Assembly (NCBI GenBank): GCA_051294905.1
Contig: CM119380.1
Span: forward strand, 9,982,001 to 10,046,000
DNA: 64,000 nt
Origin: Botryllus schlosseri
Taxonomy: Eukaryota
Direction: 5' to 3'
Shown here: positions 25,932-36,643 of the stretch, in pieces
Numbering within the stretch: position 1 is the first letter of the stretch
Layout: every line of letters starts with the position of its first letter
Position numbers and translations under genes: made by a program
Notes under the pieces: generated by a model
Databases searched by the model: none
The model's input: the letters and a program-made list of their open reading frames with translations, nothing else
Told to the model about the DNA's origin: nothing

Positions 25932-26522
25932 GTGTCTAGTACCCATGGATTTTGGTACGCCCTGGTTTATATAGGAGATATCATGGTCCTTCGTTACATT
26001 ATGGCGATTGCGCTGTATACCAATGCTGCACTGTGCTGAATTTTGTATCATGAATTATGGATTGTATTTTTGCAATAGTTTTATAACGAAGTCAGAAGAA
26101 GACAACTCTATACCCAGAAACAGTATTGAAGGGAAACACTCATTAGCTCACGTAAACCGTAGGGTTAATGGTTTCCGCACTGCTGTACTAGTATCGCGTT
26201 AATATTATAAGTTTATGCCATCCATCCATGTGAGATTAATTGAATATTGGTATTTAAGTTTTTCAATTTTGGAATGATGTGACCGACTCACTGAAACCTT
26301 CTAACGGACCCACAAGGAATCCGGGAACTGCTACCACTGGCTCACCTAATCGACGATGATGCAGGTCTACATCATATGGATGAATCCATGTGCGACTGTG
26401 CATACATTGTCTTGTGTAGCGCCTTCATCCTGTGGTAACGCCGACAAGGGAAGTATATTGACGTTGAATTCTGGTTTCTATTTATTCGTGAATAAATGTG
26501 AACGTAGAGTAAGATTAGACAT

Positions 26523-27521
26523 TAGGGGTGGTGTGAACCTCTGAAAGGTTCAGGTTCGTGTGAACGCGAACCTTTTTGAAAGGTTCTGTGTGAACACGAA
26601 CGTGAACCTCGTGACGTCACGTGACGTCATATTGCTAATTCCAACCCTATCTTTCACTGAAGTGATAGCCTATATTAGCGTACACGATACCTAGCGACGA
26701 CTCGGGTCACATCATGTCACAATGCAGAAGTACATGTTGGCGTTTTAAACGTCACTAAATGTTTCAACTGAGTCAATCAAAGGATATAATACTCCTATAA
26801 AATCAAAATCTTCCGTCGCTTTGCCAACAATTTTGACGAGGACTTACCAGGGAATATAAGCTTACGCCTTAACGGTCTAGGCCAGACCGGACAATGTATT
26901 CGGCGACTGAGTAGCCTATCGCTACATTGATATTGAGCTGAGTGTAAAACTGGTTTCTATACTTGCTACCGATATTACCCCATTAAAAAGTTTTACAGCT
27001 GTAGACAACACCTCAATCACAAAGATTTGGTTCTCGTGATGCAGTAAAGATATGAAGTCAAGATTGCCCGGTACCCCTGCTAGCTTTTTTGCATCAGAAA
27101 ACGATATCAATCTCATTGATTGGTTGAATATAAGCATCATTCGCTAACTACGTATTTCGCTCGGGATGTTGTGTGATCGCAGGTCAAACTCACAGCAGAG
27201 AGACACTAAATATTCACAAACGGAAAGCTGAATATTTCGAGCAAACATTTGTTACAAAGCAAGTAAAACTTTTGAGATTGACAAGGTGCATGCTCGTTTA
27301 TAGTGTTAATTTTTAATGCTGCCAGCGCCATGCATAGAGGGGCCCGCAGTTGAAATGCAATTAATATGAACCAAAGATGTTATAATGAAGGGAAAATTGT
27401 AATATATGAAAAAGGTTCACAGTGCAGAACCTACCAAGGTTCTGTTGTGAACGCGAACCTATAAATTCCCGAGCTTCACACACAGAACGCGAACGTGAAC
27501 CGCACGTTCACACCATCCCTA
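26523..27521 (-). mobile_element. hAT-type MITE copy B (inverted relative to A)
   Basis: TIRs taggggtggtgtgaac / gttcacaccatcccta and a perfect 8-bp TSD ttagacat. Colinear with the reverse complement of copy A along its whole length. Confidence 0.92.
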
Positions 27522-29974
27522 TTAGACATTCCAGTTCCTTATACCAAGCTACATATATTATGTTAACATCTACCGATGTCGTCTTACTATTTTTTAACCC
27601 CCATCGCGCAAGTAAAAGGCGTAGCAAACTATAGGAACTCTACAGGGTACAGATACCAAATATGTCAGCAATTATCGGAGGTATGCAATGTTTCAGTTCG
27701 GGAACAATCGCCTACACATTAGTACAATAATTTTAACATATATAAATACAATACAGTACATTATTGATTGAAATTCGTGACTATATGTCGCCCCTTAATA
27801 ATACTGTCAGTATTATCAAAACAATAGTGGTGCTCGTAACCTGAAAAGATCATGTGGCCCATTAGAGTGGATTTTTGTAAGAACAGCTAGAGACAGTTCA
27901 TAACGATTTCGTCATATCGGATCGGATCCGCTATTCTCTGTTCCAAGACCGGTTTCAAGCAATCATCCAGTTCACTTTAGTTGAATGACTAGCTATACAG
28001 CCCGTATTATTAGTGATTTACCCACTAATACCGCTAGACATTCTGTGAAATATCAGGTTCGCTTCGGTTTCGGAGAGAATCGCTTTCTGATCCTGGTACC
28101 AGAGACCGCGTTTTATTTCGATGCTAAATATACATTCGCGTGATGCATTCGCACAGTCGCGCGATGGCGATGACGAAAAATGTTCCTAATTCGCTATTTT
28201 CATGTTCGCGGAACACTGTTCTCTTGGCTCCCGGCGATCGCGTGACATAGATGTCAGGGCGTTGTGGTGTTATGAGTGAGGTATAATTAGGATATTGAGG
28301 TTTATGAAACAAAATTTTCGGTAGAATCGTTATCAAAATGCTACGTGTATTTCTGTGAATGGGTACCATATAGAAAGGGGTCGCCAACTAAAAACCGGTC
28401 GCCAATTAAAAACGGGTGGCAGACCACTTCCAAAGTTCTTAGATGCCGCGGGCCGTGTGAATTCAATATGGAGATGAAACAGGTCACACCATTTAACAAC
28501 CACGTGTCGGTGACCCCTGGTATAGGGGGTCAAGGAAGTTAGTATTGGTACTTAGCACGTAGTAGAAGTAACCACGTAATTTCTGATTCATTTACAAGTA
28601 TAAAAGTAGAAATTCCCAAGACATTCCTCAACCACTTCATGAAGAAGTAAAAAAGGAAGTGCATGAAAGCACCCAAGTAAATTATTGTGTAAAGGAGGTT
28701 CGGTGGAAGAGCCGCACGCATTTAGTAGTAATGCGGAAATGGATTACTTGCGAAATTGCAGGATGCATATTTAAACGGCAACACAAAACGACTGATGTCC
28801 CCACGAAAATCCGCCCTGGTGAATTGATACAGCGGGCGTTCTTAAACTATCAGACCGCGACGCTACTCTGAGTTTTAGTGAGATCTCGCGACCTAGCCTC
28901 ACACACCAAAAAGAATGCGGTATTAGCTTGCTTCCTGTTTGATATCTTGAAATAAAAGTATCATGTTACCTCAAAATAGAACCTTTAATTGTGCCATGGA
29001 TTTTCTATCGATAAACGCCAAAAGATAAGGAATAACTAGATCCGTACGAGTTGGACGTAGAAACGAAACTCTTTGTGATTCATAATTACACTTAATGTAA
29101 CATAAATATTTTCCATGTTAGATAAATAGTAATTTTTATACTCAGCATATACTACTGTAAAGAACTCGTAAACGGCTTTTCGAATGCGCTTACGTGTCAA
29201 CAGGTATAATGCGGTCTCATTTGCTATTTCAGTTTCCCCGCAATCAGCTGTGTCACATTTAAACAGCTTGATACATGTGAGATTATACCATACTAACTGT
29301 TCTGCATATTACAAGTCTGGCAAAACATATTTTGATTCTAGATTGACTTGATTTGCGATTTGTACATTCCTGCACCACGATTCACAAACACTTTTGCAAA
29401 TGTTTGCCTTTCAAATCCATTTATTACAATCTCCAGACTTACGATTAATTCATATTTTTTATATATGCTCTGGATCACAACCGATTTCTATGAAGGTTAA
29501 ACCACATTTGTTAAGAATTCGTCACAGCATAGTTATTGCGAATTTCAATACTTAAGTACATCGATTTTCAACATGACAAAGCCTTTTATAACATAGATTA
29601 ACAAACATGAAGTCTGCAAATTACCCAAGCAAGTAATTCGAAGCAGCCGCCAATCAGGACGGGCCGGTTCAAAGATTCGTCAATTATTCTCTTGTCACAG
29701 CTTACGAAATTGAAAGCTACATTGTCGTGGTCAGGTCTAGGCAAATGGATGATTTGATTTCGACCCGAGTATTAAGCTTTGAATCAAATCGAACATTCGT
29801 GTGTCACCTTATAGGACGTCATATCAGAATGAATGGTTTCGTCATTTCAGATGTGTACCATTTTAGAACGACGAAGTAGCTAACGCCAGCATGCATCGCA
29901 GCAAAATGATGTGGGCTTCGAAACTACAACATTTCCACAGCGCTTGTGCTGCCATTCGAACAATATTGGTCTAT

Positions 29975-30261
29975 GGTCCGTGGACATACGAGCATGTGAC
30001 ATAATAGCATGCACCATTTCAGCATGCCACAGTTGGGCATGCGGCACTGGAGTATGTAGGTCAAATTTGGGGATTGGACCAGGAATGGTTAATATTTGGG
30101 TTAGGTGGTTGGGATATATATAAGTGTTGATTTCGGAGTTAGGGTGATGGTTAGGGTAAGTTTTGTATCTGTGAAACCACAAGCCAAAGAGACGCATGCG
30201 AAAGTATCGCATGACGATCTGTCGTTTTTCATCATATCGCATGCTTATATGTCGTGCAACC
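29975..30261 (+). mobile_element. Unclassified TIR element with GGTTAG-rich core, copy 1
   Basis: Starts ggtccgtggacatacgagcatg and ends with its imperfect inverse (atcgcatgcttatatgtcgtgcaacc). Has GCATGC repeats in the arms and a degenerate ggttagg core around tatata. Confidence 0.7.
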
Positions 30262-30914
30262 GTTTAGGACACATGTGATACCACCAATTGAAGTGAAGTT
30301 TCTTTACGTTTATCTGCATTTGCATGGGTCTCCATCTCTCGTTGGGCAGCATAGGCGTTGCCCTATTCGCCGGTTTGGTTGTTGTCGACGTATGATTTTT
30401 CTGAGAATAGTTATTTACTTTAATCGTTCAAACCTAACCCTCTCTCTATATATGTCTTTCTCTCCCTCTCTATCCTGATATGAACACAGTAAAAAGTTGG
30501 ATTTGAAGCGAAACGGCACGGCGCCCCGGGCACGTTTATGCCATGCGGAGTGTTAAAAGCCTCTTCTCTCCAATTTGCGAAGGAAACAAAACCCTATTGT
30601 CGGGAGGCGAGATAATTCTACTTGAAATATTAAACTAATGACAGATATTGCACATCTGGAAATAGAGTTGTTCCGAAAGGGAGCTTGCTGAAGTTATAGC
30701 AGGAAGACTTACACACGACCTCATCAACTGAAAAGCGCACAAAACATGACTACGAATGATCCTGGACAGGCATGAATATTTGTAAAATTTCCTTCGCGTG
30801 AGTTTATTAGCATACACTTGTTAACACACTCTGCGAAGCACAGTATGAGTGATCTAAGTTATGTTTTCATATGACGTATCGGTGGTCCGATATTGACATA
30901 ACAATTCGAATTAA

Positions 30915-31111
30915 TTGAATAGTATATTCATATTGAAATGAACCCGAATATGTTCGGCTGACACTCGTCAGGGGTAATCGTCAGCAACTAGTATTACCCC
31001 TGACACCCGATTACCCCTGACGAGTGTCAGCCGAAAATATTCGGGTTCATTTCAATATGAATATACTATTCAATTGTATATTGAAGTTCTGTACTTCAAA
31101 GAAGCTGTTCA
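30915..31111. mobile_element. Penelope-like terminal-repeat mini-insertion: inverted pair of HHR-bearing repeats
   Basis: 30915-30988 is the reverse complement of about 31009-31075 and adjoining sequence. The unit is flanked by the 12-bp direct repeat aattcgaattaa (30903-30914 and 31112-31123). Confidence 0.65.
31013..31046 (+). ncRNA. Minimalist type I hammerhead ribozyme motif (intact core)
   Basis: The sequence reads ACCC-CUGACGA-GUGUCAGCC-GAAA-AUAU-UC^GGGU. Helix I is ACCC/GGGU, helix II is a single G-C pair, and helix III/loop is the palindrome AAUAUU. The predicted cleavage is after C31042. Confidence 0.7.
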
Positions 31112-34100
31112 AATTCGAATTAAATATAGCGCTCGGTGTGTGATGGATATCTAGTTAAAAGAAAATTGAGTAAACCTCTCCTCTAAATGGTTAAAGTTTT
31201 CGACAAGCTGTGGTGATAGAAACCACGATCCTATATCTTCACCACAAGCAAGGTTTGCGACGCAGATTTACACGGAAAATATGATTATAATTTTGCTGAA
31301 TGCCAGCGCGACTTTGCTCTCGCTTATAAATACAGAAACACTCCCACAGATTTGTGTTCTACTAGAAACTTCTGGAAGATCGCGGACGACACTCGTCCCG
31401 AAGGATTTCGAGTACATGTTTACCTGCGTCCGAATTCCTACGTAGACTATGAAAATAAAAAAAATTGTAGTATTTGCCAACGAGGATTTCCTAAATAAAC
31501 ACGGTATTAAACTTTATATTCGCATCGTGACCTCGAATTGATAGCATTTCACGATATTTTGAGCATAGACGCGGTATCGACGGTATTAAATCTTATTGAT
31601 ACAAATTGTAACGCTTTACATTCGATATTCATACTGTATTCTTTCGGATAATGCCGTATAAATTGAACGGCTTATTCCCGATAGTTCATGATTCTCACAG
31701 TGACACGTTTCTGGAGAGATTACGGATAATAAAGTTCAGTGTGTCACAATGTATTTTGATAGTGGCGTACGGCGTTCGGGATATTTTGTGATTTTCTCTA
31801 AGCTCTCACAAAAATGATATTCGATTCGTATGAATCAGTAATTCAAATACTTCCAGTTGCGTATCTTTGTTTCGGTTACCAGACTCAGGTGTGGTTGATG
31901 ACGCAATGACTGAGACATCTAGAAGTAGACATCTGGGAATTTTCGTTTTATGAGGGAGCGTACCATTTTAAGGTCTCCTTGGCAGTCAAAGAATGTCATT
32001 CTACAAATATCCAACTCCAACAATACACAAGTTGTTATGCTTATTGACCAGGCGGCACTGTTACCTTGTCGTTGCCATACAAATTGATTTTATACATCGA
32101 CAACATCGACTGTGCGTTCGCGTCACATGCGAGCTACTTCCAAGTTGACAATCAATTGATATAATCAAATATCCCAATGCTCTTTTTCTGACGTCGACTG
32201 GTCAGAGAATTAAGGGAGGCGCTTCTCTTTATTCAGAACGAAATGATTTGACAGCGATACATCATTGCATTGATGATGTCACAATTGAAGAATGAAGTTA
32301 CGTCAAAGTGGCGATCTATTGTTAGATCAGCGACGACATGGATCTCTTTCACTGATGATTCATATTATGGCATAAATATCATTGACACACGCACACTGCC
32401 TGATGTTTCTGGATATCAAGGACCATGTAGATTTTAGGACACTTGTTTACTTTTATAGGCATCGTTGACTATAGTCAGGGTCATAAATGCCGTACCCCAA
32501 ACCCATCAATTGGTAGGGGACTAGTTCGAAGGAGACCCAGAGTTACTTCGTAAATAAACATGGGGTGGAGGATTTAAAGGAAGGTTTATTCAGTTTGAAA
32601 AAAAAATTCATTCTTGCTTCGCGCGACTTAGTGTCACATGTGCGCACGATTTTAATATGGTTACACTCTCAAAAATAAATGAACAAATGATTCCATTTCA
32701 TATCAATGAACGATACGCCATATTTCACAAGTCGAAATGAAAGGAAATCAAATCAAATCAAATCAAGAAGTTCGAATATGTAGATTTTAAGAAGGAATTC
32801 GCACATTAGGTATTGTAGCATTTAACAGGCCTGGGGATTGTAACCCAAGAAGAGAATGCGAGTCAATTTTTGAAGATAACGTGTGCCCATTTACGATGGT
32901 GGAGCTATATTTTAATAGAACAGGGATCTGTCTATGCGAATGATGAAATCTCTAACACAACGAATATCATCCGGTATGTATAGTATGCATTTGCGCATGC
33001 GGTTAACCGGATGAATCGAATAGAACTCATAACAACTTCTTCTTCTTCTTCATAAACATCCCCTATTTTTCCGGCTGGCTTCACGCAAGGCCATATGTAT
33101 ACACATTTCCAGATCCGAGGATACATTCCGAGATACTAGGATACATTGCGATGGCTTTACAAATGTCATGTTTCCAACAATGATACGAAACGCAATCAGG
33201 CAGCCAAAACGTCTGGTGCCTAGGTGAGCGACACACCGACGATATCACCACCACAAGTAGCGAAACGGTCGAGGCCAAAGCGCAATTCATACTGTCACGC
33301 CGTATGATGATATCAATTATCGTTCATTTTGACTCATAGAGAATATCCAGCTCACAGACGGAATCTTCAAAACCGTACCAGTAATGCGATGATAATCTTG
33401 CTAAAATAGTTGAAAGCATATATAACTCATATCGTCGACAGAAATGCGGCAACATCGCACTGCTGAGTCTGGCTTTACGTTCACGGTGCTTGCCCACATT
33501 TGTCAATATGATCATGATGCGCTGATATCGCGGTGTAGACTTCACGCATTTGCAGTAATTTATATCGAATTATATCCTATATTTTGATAGATCTTGTTGC
33601 GAAAGAGATAGTCACGATGACATGATACCTTGCGCGATGGGCAATTATTCCGGACGAACGGCGCTATTATGAATATCCGTGTTTTCGACGTCACCAAAGA
33701 ATATTAAGTCATAATTGAATGACCCTCGCTTTATATTGTACCGCGCCAGTCTCATATCCGTAGATAAATCTAATAAAACCGTTTTCTTCTAGTTTCGCCC
33801 CACATGCCGCGAATTAATGATATAACCCACTGATACTCTCATACGGATTACTAATGTAATTCCAACGTGCTACCCGGTCAATCTGTGATAAAACTGACAT
33901 AGGTCAAATGAAAAGTCTGTGTTCAATGATATTAGTAATGATTTTCTTCTTCTTGACTGACGGCCGACCGTACGATGACAATACTCAACTCTGGCATTTA
34001 TCAATTACGCAGGTAGTCTGACAGTGATTTCATATCGGGGACGCACTGTTAGTGTCATTGTAATATAAATATTTACTCATGTGGGGCATGGCGGTTGAAG

Positions 34101-34604
34101 CGGTTTTTGTAATACAATTAAAGCAAAAAAGTTAGTTTTCTTTTGTATCAGTGAACGAATACCTGATCGCTGGAGTATAAACCTTTGTAGCGTCTGTGTT
34201 CAATCAAATGGTATCGTCTGGTGCACGAATAGTGAAAATTGAATCCGAATCCGGATTTATATTATCTGCTTTACATTTCATTCAGTGTGCATTCCTCTTC
34301 TTTACTTCGCCTAGGCCAAGGTGGATATCTGATCTGAAAGACTACTACAAGTCATTTCGATACCTTCCTATCATTTCATTGTATCGCAGTTATGTGCTCT
34401 TTTAAAATTATGAAAATATCAATAAAACTGACTGACTGATATACCAATTAGGTATCGATACTAATATGTAGGACTTTAGAAAATGAATGTCACGAGTATA
34501 TGATGGAGGGCTTGGTTGATGCGTATAATTAGATTGATTATATCCTAGTATAGCATGCAGCAAGCTCTTCCGCATTATATTACCCCCATTTGATATGTAT
34601 ACAC

Positions 34605-36643
34605 CAGTGGTTCCCAAACTTTTTCGACGTGAGGGCCAAATTTAGAATTTCAGAGTACGGTCGGGGCCGCACGAATACTACGGCTATGAAACGGACCCAA
34701 ACAGTGATCATGGCTATTTCGGAGTAGTTTTATTGCCCTGGCGAGATTTCAAAACTGTACACTGTTTACCGCTACTTATCTGCTGTATTGCGTGTCCGTT
34801 GAGTGAATCAGCTTTTCTCGCCTAAACGCGCGAAGCGCGAAAAATTTCTTTACTTTCATGACTAATCGGTCAATATGATCGGGAATTGCATGTATTGCTA
34901 TCAATTTTCATCCTGTCCCTGTTCACGTAATCTGATTTACCGGTAGAGCTGAGTGCGGCGTGCTTGAGAAGTTATAGGCCCCCTCAATAGTAATTAAACA
35001 TATCTGGGGTATACTCGTTGGCAGGAACGTAACACCACTTCGTCAGGACCCCGGGCTCCCATAGGATGATAAACTGACCCCGCATCACGTTGTTCGCTTT
35101 TGCCACGAAATTAAAGTTGTACTGTTTAGTGAGACAGCGCGACGCGCGAATATTTCTATAATTCATGATAAAATCGGTGAATAAGATCAGGAATTGCATG
35201 GTTGTCCTCTTTGCCCACGTAATCAGATTCACCGGTAGAGCTGAGTGAGAGATGTCTTTGAAACTGCAGACCGCGTAAAATTCTATCTTCGGGCGGGCGG
35301 ACCCCTAGGTATGACTTCTTTACATGATGTTATTTCGTGACCTCCTGTTTGCTATATCAAAAAATGTAGAATTGCCCAAACCTACTAAACTGAAAGAGCA
35401 CACGATTTCAGATTGGTATTTCTTCGCTGGCATATGATTTTCTTTCCTGCGGGATGGTATTTGTCTTTTGAGGTTCAGATTGCCAAGACAAGAACATTCG
35501 GCGCCAGTCATTTAGGCGCCTATATTGACAATTAAACTATATGTATTTTGTATATATAACAAGTTTTTGGTCAGCATAAAAGCACTCCTTTACGACCAAC
35601 GCTATCTCGCTGCCGATCGTTCTGACACACTTCTTGGAGTCACATGTTACATGGCCTAAAACTTTATATGTCTTGGTGCGTTGTGGTGCGGTCATGGCCA
35701 ACGCAGATATGCCCCTTTCTATAAATCTTGCATATTTTTCTTCGGGACGAGTAGCCTACCCAATAATCAAGATATGCAGCGAATTGAAATCGCGCCTAGC
35801 GCGAAAAACCTTCAAAAAATTCGCATAAATTTTCAAAAATTACTTTATAATTTATGCTAATTCACGAAATAATTTTAAGCCCCCTTCGAGCTCGGCCCCC
35901 CTCAATTGGGGGGTTTAGGGTGCGGCAGTTACGGCCCTGACTATAGGACTACCAATTATGCTGCTTTTATCCGGCTAAGCAGTATGCATCTCGGCGTATT
36001 CAACAGTGAGTCATGTGTTGCACATCTAGTTATCATAGGATTACCACACGCACTCTTTTAAGATGATTTGTCCTCTTTTTTGATTTTTTTTAAAGTGTCC
36101 TCGGAGGACACCCAAATGTCTTCTTTTTTGAGATTATGTCTTCTTTATTGAGGATTTTGGTTACATATAGGACGAAATTCGACTGATATTAAGTCAGCAC
36201 TGTAGGAACGCTACGGTGGCTATTTCGGGAGCTGGACCGGAAAGTTGAACATTTTTTTTTCAGTCAACCACCTGTTAATGTGATAGAAAAACTGTATTTT
36301 CTGAAAGTTGAGCCTCTTTTTTTTTTAGTCAAGCGACCATGAAGTGGAAATAATTTTTTCAGGATTTTCCTCCGGTTTTGAAAGTTATCAATACCTATAT
36401 TTATATCTATACCTACTGCTCGTTCAACTGGAAAGTTAGGGCACTGCATTGAAACAGCAGTGGCGTTACGTTAGCAGTCTATACTCACAACTTTCCTGCA
36501 ATTCTATAATTAAAAACTACAGAGGCCAAGCCAAGCAAGAGTAGATTATAAATATAAATTTTATTTTTTGTCATAAATCGATTTCTTAATATATTTTGAG
36601 GGCCGCACGAAGGCTATCTGGGGGCCGCACTTGGGAATCACTG
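34605..36643. mobile_element. Charlie/Buster-type hAT non-autonomous element with nested fragments
   Basis: TIRs cagtggttcccaa / ttgggaatcactg and a perfect 8-bp TSD gtatacac. Contains an internal direct repeat (34865-34956 vs 35173-35247) and a fragment related to 60845-61207. Confidence 0.88.
36036..36270 (+). mobile_element. Truncated copy of the TAGGGTTACCA MITE
   Basis: taggattaccacacgcactctttt...cggaggacacccaaatgt...ggctatttcgggagctgga aligns with 60845-61075. Confidence 0.7.

Noticed and set aside
24968-27521. CRISPR-like repeated ggttcacgttc motifs
   Set aside because: The context is eukaryotic, spacing is irregular, and these are subterminal repeats of MITEs.
33081-33290. ORF with hydrophobic N-terminus (possible secreted-protein exon)
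   Set aside because: There are no consistent splice partners or recognisable domain.
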